A stretch of 64,000 bases of DNA from Acidobacteriota bacterium (lineage in GTDB: Bacteria; Acidobacteriota; Vicinamibacteria; Vicinamibacterales; UBA2999): assembly GCA_020851325.1 (NCBI GenBank), contig JADZCY010000212.1:8619-72618 (forward strand), given 5' to 3'. This document shows positions 34,493-43,759 of the stretch, piece by piece; the first letter of the stretch is position 1, and each line of letters begins with the position of its first letter. Below the pieces are notes generated by a model that was not told the origin of the DNA, did no database searches, and saw only the letters and a program-made list of their open reading frames with translations. A program made the position numbers and the translations under genes.

Positions 34493-35112
34493 TCGGTCTT
34501 GTTCGCTGCGTTCTTGGCCGCAGCGCCTTTCTGAGCGGGTGCCGTCTTGTCCGGATCGACAAGGACGAAGGTCGTCGCCGTGCACGACACGTTGATCGTG
34601 GCGTTCTGCGTCGCCTCGGGCCGGCTGGTGATCACCAGGCTGCCGACGTTGATGATGCGCGGGAAGCGGCTGACGCGATCGAGGAACGTCCCGAGGTTGT
34701 GATACGTGCCCTCGAGTTCCAGCCCGATCGGCCACTCGGCGTGAATCTCGCGTTCGGTGATCGGCTGCGGCCTGAAGCCGCGGATCCGCAGGTTCGACTG
34801 CGTCGCCAGCGTCTGAATGCGCCGCAGCAGATCGCCCACGTCCTTCTCTTCGGGCAGAATCGGCTTCAGCGCCTCGAGCCGCGTTTCGAGGTCGGCCACC
34901 TGGCTGCGGAACGCCGGCAGTTGCCGCGCCATCTCGGCGCCGCGCGCATTGCGTGCCCGCACCGCGGCGATCTCGCCGTTGCGCACCGCCAGTTCGGCCT
35001 GGCGTGGTGACTCATACAGGTAGTAGAACGCCCCCACACCCACGCCGGCGAGCAGGACGAACACGCCAAGCTGGCCGTACCACGGCATCTTGTTGAACTT
35101 CAGATCAGCCAC
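34489..35112 (-). CDS. pilO: type IV pilus assembly protein PilO
   Basis: Single TM, coiled coil, and a ferredoxin-like C-domain (LPEEKDVGDLLRRIQTLATQSNLRIRGFRP...LELEGTYHNLGTFLDRVSRFPRIINV). Confidence 0.8.
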   Translation of the reverse strand: MADLKFNKMPWYGQLGVFVLLAGVGVGAFYYLYESPRQAELAVRNGEIAAVRARNARGAEMARQLPAFRSQVADLETRLEALKPILPEEKDVGDLLRRIQTLATQSNLRIRGFRPQPITEREIHAEWPIGLELEGTYHNLGTFLDRVSRFPRIINVGSLVITSRPEATQNATINVSCTATTFVLVDPDKTAPAQKGAAAKNAANKTE

Positions 35113-35734
35113 GCGGCCCTCCCTTCTTCGCCGCGCGGCCCGCTTCGGCTGCCGGCGGGGTCGCCTCGATGCCGGCCATCTGGAACGATCCGCGGATAGT
35201 GAACCGAATCGTGTCGGGTGCGCCCTGCGTGCCCGGCACCACCTCGCTCGTCAGGATCTCGACCGGCCGCTTGAAGTACCGCGACGCCTCGAGGTTGCCG
35301 ACGAAGTCGGACAGTGATGTCAGCGACAGGCAGCGGCCGTCGATGGTCAGGTCGAAGCCCTCCTGGCGCATCTCGGTGATCCAGGTCATCTCGGGCAGGG
35401 CCAGGCTCACCTGATCGATCATGTGCACCGGTGCGGTCTGGCCGCGGCGCAGTTCGTCGATGAGCGTCGCCCGCTGCTGCAGCTGTTCGCGGCGGCCCTC
35501 GAACTGCTGCACCTGGCGCAGAATCTCGGCAAGCCGCTGCTCTTCACGTTGCGCTTCGGCAAGTTCGCGTTCGGCGGTGGCGGCCATCTGGCCCAGGGCC
35601 CAGTAGCGCCAGCCGATGCCAACCGCCGCCAGCACCAGGATGAGGCTGCCGATGACGGTCATCTTCTGCGCCAGCGCCATCGGCGCCGGCTTGGCCGCCT
35701 TGCGCTCGCCGGCGACGAGGTTGATGCGGATCAT
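35105..35734 (-). CDS. pilN: type IV pilus assembly protein PilN
   Basis: MIRINLVAGERK..., a conserved PilN N-terminus plus TM plus coiled coil. Overlaps pilM and pilO. Confidence 0.8.
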   Translation of the reverse strand: MIRINLVAGERKAAKPAPMALAQKMTVIGSLILVLAAVGIGWRYWALGQMAATAERELAEAQREEQRLAEILRQVQQFEGRREQLQQRATLIDELRRGQTAPVHMIDQVSLALPEMTWITEMRQEGFDLTIDGRCLSLTSLSDFVGNLEASRYFKRPVEILTSEVVPGTQGAPDTIRFTIRGSFQMAGIEATPPAAEAGRAAKKGGPRG

Positions 35735-36795
35735 CGGTCGGCCGCCTTGCGCAGGGCGAGGCCCACCGCGATTGCGGCAAACGGCGCCACATCATCCGCG
35801 GATGCCAGCCCGAGCCGCTCCGGCTCGAGCAGCACCTGCCGGAACGGATCGAAGGCCAGGACCTCGGTGTTGAACCGCGCCGCCAGCGCTTCGGCAAACC
35901 CGTCCACCCGCGAACCGCCGCCGCTGAGGACGATGCGGTCGATGCGGTCGGAGGAGGCCGTGGCCTTGAAGAAGTCGAAGGTCTTCTCGACCTCGAGGAG
36001 GATGTTGTCGGTCATGGCCTTCAGCACCGGCCGGGCGTCCTCGTAGCTGACGCCCTCGACGTCCTGCCCTTTCTTCAGTTGCTCGGCCTGTTCGTACGGC
36101 AGGCCGAGTTCACGCTGGACGGCCTCGGTGAAGGCGTTGCCGCCCATCGAGATGTCGCGCGTGAAGACCGACTGGGCGCCGTTGAGGATGTTGATGTTGG
36201 TGGCGCTGGCGCCGGCGTTCAGCAGGGCGACGACTTCGCCGGGCTGGAAGCCGTAATTCACCTCGTAGGCGTTCTGGAGCGCGAAGGCGTCCACGTCCAC
36301 CACCACCGCGGTGCGGCCGGCCTGCGAGATGACGTTGGTGTAGTCGGCGATCTTGTCCTTCTTCGCCGCGACCAGCAGCACGTCCATCGTCCCCTGCGCC
36401 TCGCCGCCGCCGGGCGGGGTCAGGATCTCGTAATCGAGGTTGACGTCCTGGATGTCGAAGGGGATGTACTGCTCGGCTTCCCAGTAGATGGATTCGCTGA
36501 GCTCCTGCTCGGTCATCGCCGGCAGGGTGATCTTCTTGACGATGACGGAGTTGCCGGACAGCGACGCGGCGACGTCGCGGGCCTTGAACTGCCGGTTCTT
36601 GAACAGCCGGCCGACGGCATCGGCCACCGCGCCACCATCGATGATGGCGCCGTCCACGATGCTGTCGGGTGGCAGCGGCTCGACCCCGATGGCCGACACC
36701 TTGTACCCCTTGCGATGGGGCTTGAGCTCGATGGCCTTGACGGCACTGGACCCGATGTCGAGTCCCATCAGGCTTTTGCTTCGGCGAAAGAACAC
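35731..36795 (-). CDS. pilM: type IV pilus assembly ATPase-fold protein PilM
   Basis: LMGLDIGSSAVKAIELK...actin-like fold...SGGGSRVDGFAEAL. Confidence 0.9.
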   Translation of the reverse strand: MFFRRSKSLMGLDIGSSAVKAIELKPHRKGYKVSAIGVEPLPPDSIVDGAIIDGGAVADAVGRLFKNRQFKARDVAASLSGNSVIVKKITLPAMTEQELSESIYWEAEQYIPFDIQDVNLDYEILTPPGGGEAQGTMDVLLVAAKKDKIADYTNVISQAGRTAVVVDVDAFALQNAYEVNYGFQPGEVVALLNAGASATNINILNGAQSVFTRDISMGGNAFTEAVQRELGLPYEQAEQLKKGQDVEGVSYEDARPVLKAMTDNILLEVEKTFDFFKATASSDRIDRIVLSGGGSRVDGFAEALAARFNTEVLAFDPFRQVLLEPERLGLASADDVAPFAAIAVGLALRKAADR

Positions 36796-37071
36796 GTGGA
36801 TCGCTCCGCTCCTCTAATCACCTGGTAAGGGCAAAGGTGATACCAACTTCGTTCATTGCCTCAGTCGGCGACAAATTTGGCCGTAGAGGCCTCGTTGCAC
36901 GCTTCTTCAGGCGCCTCAGGCTATCCAGACCCGTAACAAAACTGCAAGTCACCAACGGATTTCGTGTGCAGCCCCTGCGTACTGCTCGGAGCCGAACGCG
37001 GTGAGCTGCTCCGTAGCTCCCACGTGGTTATCGGCGAATGGATGAAGAGGGTTAGTGAGAACCGCGTCGTA

Positions 37072-37100
37072 TTGCAATTGCCTGCAAACCGTCGTATCAT
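37072..37100 (+). promoter_or_regulatory. candidate sigma70-type promoter for rplM-rpsI
   Basis: TTGCAA, 17-nt spacer, TATCAT. About 58 nt upstream of the rplM ATG. Pattern match only. Confidence 0.35.
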
Positions 37101-37158
37101 CTCGGTTTGCCGTGCCCAGGATAGGGCGCGCCAACGACCGACTCAGGACATTCGATTC

Positions 37159-37590
37159 ATGCCTACTTACGTTGCCACCCCGAAGAGCGTGACCAGCCGC
37201 TGGCACGTCATCGACGCCGACGGCCAGGTGCTCGGCCGCGTTGCCAGCCATGCGGCGCGCCTGCTGCAGGGCAAGCACAAGGCGACCTACACGCCCTTCA
37301 TCGACACCGGCGACCACGTCGTCATCATCAACGCGGCGAAGATCAAGCTCACCGGCCGCAAGGAAGACCAGAAGATCTATCGTCGTCACAGCGGCTATGC
37401 CGGCGGCCTGCGCGAGGAACGCGCCAAGGTGGTCCGCGAGCGTCAGCCCGTGCGCATGATGGAAGAGGCCGTGCGCGGCATGCTCCCGAAGTCGAAGCTC
37501 GGTGACGCGATGTTCCGCAAGGCAAAGGTGTACGCGGGCGCGACGCACCCGCATCAGGCCCAGCAACCCACTCAGTTCGAGGTCGCGTAA
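37159..37590 (+). CDS. rplM: 50S ribosomal protein L13
   Basis: MPTYVATPKSVTSRWHVIDADGQVLGRVASHAARLLQGKHKATYTPFIDTGDHVVIINA. Confidence 0.95.
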   Translation: MPTYVATPKSVTSRWHVIDADGQVLGRVASHAARLLQGKHKATYTPFIDTGDHVVIINAAKIKLTGRKEDQKIYRRHSGYAGGLREERAKVVRERQPVRMMEEAVRGMLPKSKLGDAMFRKAKVYAGATHPHQAQQPTQFEVA

Positions 37591-37593
37591 ATC

Positions 37594-37986
37594 TTGGCAG
37601 CTACTCAGTTCTACGCTACGGGGCGCCGCAAGGAATCGACGGCGCGCGTGTTCCTTCGCCCGGGGACCGGCACCATCACGGTCAACCACCGCGCGTTCGA
37701 CAACTACTTCCCCACCGAAGCGCAGCGCGTCCAGGTCCTGGTGCCGCTGAACCTCACCGAAACCGCCAGCCAGTTCGACATCCTCGCCACGGTGAGCGGC
37801 GGCGGCGTGACTGGTCAGGCCGGCGCCATCCGCCTCGGCATCGCCCGCGCCCTGTGCGCGTTCAACGCCGAGATGCGCCCGACGCTGAAGAAGGAAGGCC
37901 TCCTGACGCGCGACGCCCGCGCCAAGGAACGCAAGAAGTACGGCATGGCTGGCGCGCGCAAGCGCTTCCAGTTCAGCAAGCGCTAA
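37594..37986 (+). CDS. rpsI: 30S ribosomal protein S9
   Basis: ...[20 protein letters not shown]...[19 protein letters not shown]...[27 protein letters not shown] start. Confidence 0.95.
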   Translation: MAATQFYATGRRKESTARVFLRPGTGTITVNHRAFDNYFPTEAQRVQVLVPLNLTETASQFDILATVSGGGVTGQAGAIRLGIARALCAFNAEMRPTLKKEGLLTRDARAKERKKYGMAGARKRFQFSKR

Positions 37987-38101
37987 ACCGTCGATTCGTC
38001 AGTTCGTCAGTCGTCACGCACTTGGGTGGCCTCGCGATCATGAGGCCGAAGAGAAACGTCGGAAGGTCCCGCACGACTGGGACCGGAGTTCTGGAGGTAG
38101 C

Positions 38102-38917
38102 TTGACCCCGCTCGCGATGAAGGACCTGCTCGAAGCAGGCGCACATTTCGGTCACCAGACGAAGCGCTGGAATCCCAAGATGAAGCCATTCATCTTCGGT
38201 GAACGCAGCGGCATCTACATCCTCGACCTCGGCAAGACGGTCAAGCTCTACAACGAGGCCGAAGGCTATGTCCGTCGACTGGCGGCCGAAGGCAAGACCA
38301 TCCTCTTCGTGGGCACCAAGCGTCAGGCACAGGACGTCGTCGCCGAAGAAGCCGCGCGCTGCGGCATGTTCTACGTGAACGAACGCTGGCTCGGCGGACT
38401 CCTCACCAACTTCACGACGATTCAGCGCAGCATCGCGCGCCTGCGCGACCTCGAGGCGATGGCCACCGACGGCCGGTATGACTTCATGCCGAAGAAGGAA
38501 ATCGCCAAGGCCGAAAAGGAAAAGCGCAAGCTGCAGAAGAACCTCGACGGCATCCGCAACATGGGCCGCCTCCCCGACGCGCTCTTCGTCGTCGACACGC
38601 GCAAGGAACAGATTGCCGTGGACGAGGCCCGCAAGCTGAAGATCCCGGTCATCGGCGTCGTCGACACCAACTGCGATCCCGATCAGGTCGACTTCGTCAT
38701 CCCCGGCAACGACGATGCGCTGCGGTCGATCCGGCTGTTTGCCTCGCGCGTCGCCGACGCGGTGATCGACGGCCGCCAGGAACGCGAGTCGCAGGTGGCC
38801 GAGCAGGCACAGGCTGACGCCGAAGCCGCCGCCGCCGACGAAGCCAACCGCACGGTGCGTCCCGCCAATCTCCGTCGCCCGCAGCGTCCGGCCGAGACGC
38901 CGGTGCCGCAGGCGTAA
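38102..38917 (+). CDS. rpsB: 30S ribosomal protein S2
   Basis: [38 protein letters not shown].... TTG at 38102 or ATG at 38117. Acidic/Ala-rich C-terminal tail. Confidence 0.95.
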   Translation: MTPLAMKDLLEAGAHFGHQTKRWNPKMKPFIFGERSGIYILDLGKTVKLYNEAEGYVRRLAAEGKTILFVGTKRQAQDVVAEEAARCGMFYVNERWLGGLLTNFTTIQRSIARLRDLEAMATDGRYDFMPKKEIAKAEKEKRKLQKNLDGIRNMGRLPDALFVVDTRKEQIAVDEARKLKIPVIGVVDTNCDPDQVDFVIPGNDDALRSIRLFASRVADAVIDGRQERESQVAEQAQADAEAAAADEANRTVRPANLRRPQRPAETPVPQA

Positions 38918-38946
38918 CGGCCGCGGTCGGGACCGTTTTCAGTTCG

Positions 38947-38986
38947 CGCCGGCCCGCGGCAGGTTCGCAGGCCGGCGTTCTTTTGT
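38947..38986 (+). terminator. intrinsic terminator/attenuator between rpsB and tsf
   Basis: CGCCGGCC (38947-38954), 15-nt loop, GGCCGGCG (38970-38977), followed by TTCTTTTGT. Confidence 0.55.
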
Positions 38987-39009
38987 ACAGTCACGAGGAG
39001 TCAGAAGCG

Positions 39010-39618
39010 ATGTCAGCGATCACGGCAGAAATGGTGAAGCAGCTCCGCGACAGGACGGGCGCCGGCATGATGGATTGCAAGGCCGCGCTCAACGAGGCGG
39101 GCGGCGATATGGAGAAGGCGATCGAGATCCTGCGCAAGAAGGGTCTCGCCTCGGCCGCCAAGCGCGCCGGCCGCGCCACCAACAACGGCATCATCGGCCA
39201 CTACATCCACATGGGCGGCAAGGTCGGCGTGCTCGTCGAGGTCAACTGCGAAACCGACTTCGTCGCCCGCACCGACGACTTCCAGCAGCTCGCGAAGGAA
39301 GTCGCGATGCACGTCGCCGCTGCCGATCCGAAGTTCGTCCGCCGCGAAGAGATTCCGGCCGACGTGCTCGAGAAGGAACGCGAGATCTATCGCGCCCAGT
39401 TTGCCGGCAGCGGCAAGCCGGCCAACGTCATCGACAAGATCGTCGACGGCAAGCTCGAGAGCTTCTACGCGCAGGCGTGCCTGGTCGATCAGCCGTCGGT
39501 GCGCGACCCCAACGTCACGATCCAGCAGATGATTGCCGCCGCCACCGCCAAGACCGGCGAGAACGTCACCATTTCGCGCTTCGTCCGCTTCAAGCTCGGC
39601 GAGACCGGCGAAGCCTGA
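39010..39618 (+). CDS. tsf: translation elongation factor Ts
   Basis: MSAITAEMVKQLRDRTGAGMMDCKAALNEAGGDMEKAIEILRKKG (UBA-like N-domain). GAGGAG upstream of the ATG at 39010. Confidence 0.93.
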   Translation: MSAITAEMVKQLRDRTGAGMMDCKAALNEAGGDMEKAIEILRKKGLASAAKRAGRATNNGIIGHYIHMGGKVGVLVEVNCETDFVARTDDFQQLAKEVAMHVAAADPKFVRREEIPADVLEKEREIYRAQFAGSGKPANVIDKIVDGKLESFYAQACLVDQPSVRDPNVTIQQMIAAATAKTGENVTISRFVRFKLGETGEA

Positions 39619-39732
39619 GCCCACCGCACACCGACGCCGCGCCCGCCGCGGCGCGTGCGCACCCTGTCCCGGCCGCCGGTCCACAGCCCCGCTGTGCATC
39701 GACGGCCGGTGAGCTGTACGCAATCGCTCGGC

Positions 39733-39738
39733 TATAAT
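39733..39738 (+). promoter_or_regulatory. perfect TATAAT hexamer 8 nt upstream of the pyrH GTG
   Basis: ggcTATAATtccgtttcGTG. No purine-rich SD between the hexamer and the start codon, and no convincing -35. Confidence 0.25.
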
Positions 39739-39746
39739 TCCGTTTC

Positions 39747-40472
39747 GTGTCCGAGTCTTCCGAGCCCTCCTACAAACGCATCCTCCTCAAGTTGTCCGGC
39801 GAAGCGCTGATGGGCGATCAGTCCTACGGCGTCGATCCCGCCGTCACCACGCGCATCGCCGAGGACGTCGCCGGCATCCAGGCCATGGGCGTCCAGACCT
39901 CCATCGTCATCGGCGGCGGCAATATCTTCCGCGGCCTGGCCGCCAGCGCCCGCGGCATGGACCGATCGACCGCCGACTACATGGGCATGCTGGCCACCGT
40001 CATCAACTCGCTGGCGCTGCAGGACGCGCTCGAGCAGTACGGCGTGCCGACACGCGTGCTCACCGCCATCGAGATGCGCGCCGTCGCCGAACCGTTCATC
40101 CGCCGACGCGCCGTGCGCCACCTCGAAAAGGGCCGCGTCGTCGTGTTCGCGGCCGGCACTGGCAACCCCTACTTCACCACCGACACCGCCGCGGCGCTGC
40201 GCGCCATGGAGATGCGCGCCGAGGTCATCCTCAAGGCGACGAAGGTGGACGGTATCTACTCGGCGGATCCGATCAAGCACGCCGGCGCCGAACGCTACGA
40301 GCGGATCTCGTACCTGCAGGTGCTGCAGCAGCGGCTCCAGGTGATGGACGCGACCGCCATTTCATTGTGCATGGACAACAAACTGCCCATCGTCGTCTTC
40401 AACATGAACCAGCCGGGGAACATCCGCCGGGTGATCATGGGCGAGCCAATCGGCACGACGGTAACGGCGTGA
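39747..40472 (+). CDS. pyrH: UMP kinase
   Basis: [15 protein letters not shown]...[10 protein letters not shown]...[17 protein letters not shown]...[20 protein letters not shown]. Confidence 0.93.
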   Translation: MSESSEPSYKRILLKLSGEALMGDQSYGVDPAVTTRIAEDVAGIQAMGVQTSIVIGGGNIFRGLAASARGMDRSTADYMGMLATVINSLALQDALEQYGVPTRVLTAIEMRAVAEPFIRRRAVRHLEKGRVVVFAAGTGNPYFTTDTAAALRAMEMRAEVILKATKVDGIYSADPIKHAGAERYERISYLQVLQQRLQVMDATAISLCMDNKLPIVVFNMNQPGNIRRVIMGEPIGTTVTA

Positions 40473-40485
40473 GAGGTGTGACGTC

Positions 40486-41055
40486 ATGGATGTGAGCGAT
40501 GTGAAGGGCCTGCAGGCGGAAGTCCGCAAGCGGATGAGCGGGCATATCGACTACGTGCGCAAGGAAATGGCGCAGGTGCGAACGGGACGTGCGACGACGG
40601 GACTGCTCGACGGCATTCACGTCGAGGCCTACGGATCACGCATGCCGCTCAATCAGGTGGCCGGCCTCTCGATCCCCGAACCGTCGATGATCGTCGCGCA
40701 GCCGTTCGACGGCTCGCTGATGGGCGCCATCGAACGCGCCATCCGCGCCTCGGACCTCGGCCTCAATCCGGCCAACGACGGCAAGGTCATCCGCATCCCG
40801 ATCCCGGCGCTGAACGACGAACGGCGCAAGGAACTCTCGCGTCACGTCCACAAGATGACCGAAGAAGCGCGCAACCAGGTCCGCACCGTGCGCCGCGATG
40901 CCAACGACAAGCTGAAGAAGATGCTCAAGGAGCACGAGATTTCCGAAGACGACGAGAAGCGCGCCCTCGCGGAAGTGCAGAAGGCCACCGACGAGCACAT
41001 CAAGAGCATCGACGAACTGCAGCAGAAGAAGGATGCTGAGCTGTTGAATAGATAG
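40486..41055 (+). CDS. frr: ribosome recycling factor
   Basis: ...MAQVRTGRATTGLLDGIHVEAYGSRMPLNQVAGLSIPEP...IRIPIPALNDERRKEL. Confidence 0.95.
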   Translation: MDVSDVKGLQAEVRKRMSGHIDYVRKEMAQVRTGRATTGLLDGIHVEAYGSRMPLNQVAGLSIPEPSMIVAQPFDGSLMGAIERAIRASDLGLNPANDGKVIRIPIPALNDERRKELSRHVHKMTEEARNQVRTVRRDANDKLKKMLKEHEISEDDEKRALAEVQKATDEHIKSIDELQQKKDAELLNR

Positions 41056-41264
41056 CAATGAAGGTCTTAGGTCCTAGGACCTAGGTCTTAGGCCGAATGT
41101 GCGGCCCTCATGTGCGATGCATCTGCGCATCTGCGGCAACGGAGGGCTGGGGGGCTGGGGGGCTGGGGGGCTGGGGGCAGATTCTGAAGCATCTGCGACC
41201 TGTCTTCGTTCTGTGCTGTCTGTGTCATCTGTGGCCTGTCTGTGCTTTCTGTGTAATCTGTGGC
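41056..41264. repeat. composite intergenic repeat: 14-bp palindrome, (G5-6 CT)x4 array, and a CTGTG/CATCTG short-period block
   Basis: AGGTCCTAGGACCT (41069-41082). GGGCTGGGGGGCTGGGGGGCTGGGGGGCTGGGGG (41144-41177). CATCTGTGGCCTGTCTGTGCTTTCTGTGTAATCTGTGGC is the reverse complement of the block at 58080-58135. Confidence 0.75.
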
Positions 41265-42482
41265 GTGGCCTATTTCACCCATCTCGAGTGTGCGTCCATC
41301 TGCGGCGCGGGACCGTTCGATCCGCGTGAGCGGCACTTTCTGTGTCCGTCCTGCGGCCTGCCGCTGCTGGCGCGCTACGATCTGACGGCGGCGCGCGCGT
41401 GGTCGCGTGATTCACTGGTCGGCCGCGAGCCGACGATGTGGCGGTATCGCGAGATGATGCCGCTGCTGCCGGGCGATGTCCCGGTGTCGCTGGGTGAAGG
41501 CTTCACGCCGCTGCGGCACGCGGAGCGGCTGGGGCAGTCACTCGGGCTGTCGCGGCTCTTCATCAAGGACGAGTCGCTCAATCCCACCACGTCGTTCAAG
41601 GCGCGCGGACAATCGGCGGCCATCACGCGCGCGAAGGCGCTGGGCGCGACGACGATTGCGCTGCCGACCGCGGGTAACGCCGGCAACGCGGCGGCGGCGT
41701 TTGCCGCGGCGGCGGGTCTTGCCTGTCAGGTGTTCATGCCGCGCGACGCCAAGCAGCCCTTCATCGACGAATGCCGCTTGTATGGCGCCACCGTGACGCT
41801 CGTCGACGGACTGATCACGGACGCCGGCCGCGCTGCCGCGGAGGCCGGCCGCGGCCTTGGCTGGTACGACGTCTCGACGCTGAAGGAACCGTACCGCGTC
41901 GAAGGCAAGAAGACGATGGGGTATGAACTCGCCGAGCAGTTGGAGTGGACGCTGCCCGACTGGATCATCTATCCCACAGGCGGCGGTACCGGACTCGTCG
42001 GCATGTGGAAGGCGTTTGCCGAGATGGAAGCCATTGGCTGGATCACGCCGGGACGGCGGCCGAAGATGGTGTCGGTGCAGGCCAGCGGCTGCGCGCCGAT
42101 CGTGCGCGCCTTCGAGACCGGCGCCGAGAAGGCGGCGCCGTGGGAGAACGCGCACACCAGCGCCGACGGCCTGCGCGTGCCGAAGGCGATCGGCGACTTC
42201 CTGATACTGCAGGCGGTGCGCGAGAGCGGCGGCACGGCGCTCGCCATCGACGACAGCGAGATGGTGCGCGACATGCTCGAGATCGGACGTCTCGAAGGCA
42301 TCAGCGCCGCGCCCGAAGGCGGCGCGTCACTCTCCGCCATCCGCGCGCTCGTCAACGACGGCCGCATCGGCGCCAACGACACCGTGGTGCTCTTCAACAC
42401 CGGCGGGGCACTCAAGTACCTCGACGTTCTAAAAGACCCGTCAATGACAGAAACATCGGCAATCGAGAGATCGGGAGATTGA
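41265..42482 (+). CDS. thrC: threonine synthase with N-terminal zinc-ribbon
   Basis: CASICGAGPFDPRERHFLCPSCGLPL (CxxC-x13-CxxC) followed by a PLP fold (NPTTSFKARG). Track ORF 41097.. begins inside repeat DNA, so the GTG at 41265 is the first start outside it. Exact start uncertain. Confidence 0.85.
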   Translation: MAYFTHLECASICGAGPFDPRERHFLCPSCGLPLLARYDLTAARAWSRDSLVGREPTMWRYREMMPLLPGDVPVSLGEGFTPLRHAERLGQSLGLSRLFIKDESLNPTTSFKARGQSAAITRAKALGATTIALPTAGNAGNAAAAFAAAAGLACQVFMPRDAKQPFIDECRLYGATVTLVDGLITDAGRAAAEAGRGLGWYDVSTLKEPYRVEGKKTMGYELAEQLEWTLPDWIIYPTGGGTGLVGMWKAFAEMEAIGWITPGRRPKMVSVQASGCAPIVRAFETGAEKAAPWENAHTSADGLRVPKAIGDFLILQAVRESGGTALAIDDSEMVRDMLEIGRLEGISAAPEGGASLSAIRALVNDGRIGANDTVVLFNTGGALKYLDVLKDPSMTETSAIERSGD

Positions 42483-42596
42483 GCGATTGTCTGCAATTGG
42501 CAATCGGCAATCTCTGATTCGCATTTCGAATCGCCGATTGCCCGATCGCCGATTGGCAACAATCGCCCAATCCCCCGATCCGTCAATCCGTGAATG
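42483..42596. repeat. CGATTG/CAATCG-family short-period repeat
   Basis: GAGCGATTGTCTGCAATTGGCAATCGGCAATCTCTGATTCGCATTTCGAATCGCCGATTGCCCGATCGCCGATTGGCAACAATCGCC.... Related blocks occur at 54993-55116 and 59650-59740. Confidence 0.7.
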
Positions 42597-43682
42597 CTAC
42601 GGCTCACCGAAGGAAATGCCGATCGCCCTGGCCGTGGCGAGCAGGTCGTAGTCGAGCGGCACGGTGCGGGTACGGCCGACCACATCCGCCAGCGGCACCG
42701 GCACCATGTCCGGCGGATGGTTCGCCACCATCTTGCCGAAGACGCCGCGGCGCAGTAGTTCCACCGCCTTGCCGCCCAGGCGCGTTGCGAGCACGCGATC
42801 GAACGGCGTCGGCGCGCCGCCGCGCTGCAGGTGGCCGAGCACGACGTAGCGCGCGTCCTTCCCCGTCATCTCTTCGAGCGCCGTCGCCACCGTGACGCCG
42901 ACGCCGCCGAGGCGCTCCACGTAGCCGGCGCGCGCCTGCTCGAGGACGACGCGTTCGCCGCCAATCGGTTTCGCGCCTTCCGCCACCACGACGATGCTGA
43001 ACTTCGCGCCAAGCGCGTCACGCCGACGCACGTGTTCGGCCACGCACTCGATGCTGTACGGAATCTCCGGCATCAGGATCACGTCAGCGCCGCCGCCGAC
43101 GCCCGCGTGCAGCGCGATCCAGCCGGCGTAGCGGCCCATCACCTCGACGACCATGATCCGCTTGTGCGCCTCCGCCGTGGAGTGCAGGCGATCGATCGCA
43201 TCGGCGGCAAATGACACCGCCGTATCGAACCCGAAGCACGTCGTCGTCCCGACGATGTCGTTGTCGATCGTCTTCGGCACGCCGACGAGCGGAATGCCCT
43301 TGAGGAAGAACTGGTGCGCGATGCCCAGCGTGCCGTCGCCGCCGATGGCGACGAGTGCGTCGAGTCCCATCTTGTGGAACGTCTCGACGACACGGTCCGA
43401 GTAATCCACCTTGCCGTTGGCGGTATCCGCCGGATACTCGAACGGGTTGCCGTGATTGGTGGTCCCGAGGATGGTGCCGCCCAGGCGCAGGATGCCGGTG
43501 ACGTCCTTCGGCGTCAGCGGCCGCGTCCGCGAGGGGTCGAGCAGTCCATCGAAGCTGTCTTCGAGGCCGATGACTTCGATGCCGGCGTTACAGGCCGCCT
43601 TGACGACGGCGCGGATGACTGCGTTGAGGCCGGGCGCGTCGCCGCCGCCGGTCAGGACACCAATCTTTCTCACTGGGGACAT
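42597..43682 (-). CDS. pfkA: 6-phosphofructokinase (PfkA family; ATP vs PPi specificity not decided)
   Basis: MSPVRKIGVLTGGGDAPGLNAVIRAVV...IGGDGTLGIA...PKTIDNDI...MGRYAGWIAL. ATG at 43682 confirmed. Confidence 0.9.
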   Translation of the reverse strand: MSPVRKIGVLTGGGDAPGLNAVIRAVVKAACNAGIEVIGLEDSFDGLLDPSRTRPLTPKDVTGILRLGGTILGTTNHGNPFEYPADTANGKVDYSDRVVETFHKMGLDALVAIGGDGTLGIAHQFFLKGIPLVGVPKTIDNDIVGTTTCFGFDTAVSFAADAIDRLHSTAEAHKRIMVVEVMGRYAGWIALHAGVGGGADVILMPEIPYSIECVAEHVRRRDALGAKFSIVVVAEGAKPIGGERVVLEQARAGYVERLGGVGVTVATALEEMTGKDARYVVLGHLQRGGAPTPFDRVLATRLGGKAVELLRRGVFGKMVANHPPDMVPVPLADVVGRTRTVPLDYDLLATARAIGISFGEP

Positions 43683-43750
43683 CGGGGTTGCCACTATAGC
43701 ATTCCGGCCGGAATGGCCGAGGTTGGAGGCGAAAGTGTGACGCAACACCG

Positions 43751-43759
43751 TGCTATACT
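43751..43759 (+). promoter_or_regulatory. candidate extended -10 (TGCTATACT) upstream of FN3 paralog 1
   Basis: TGnTATACT lies about 80 nt upstream of the ATG at 43840. No good -35. Pattern match only. Confidence 0.25.

Noticed and set aside
37987-38101. Two small hairpins (GGCCTC..GAGGCC and GGTCCC..GGGACC) upstream of rpsB as a possible S2 autoregulatory leader.
   Set aside because: The stems are only 6 bp. The known rpsB leader pseudoknot is, to my knowledge, described for gammaproteobacteria, and I cannot show homology. The evidence is too weak to call.
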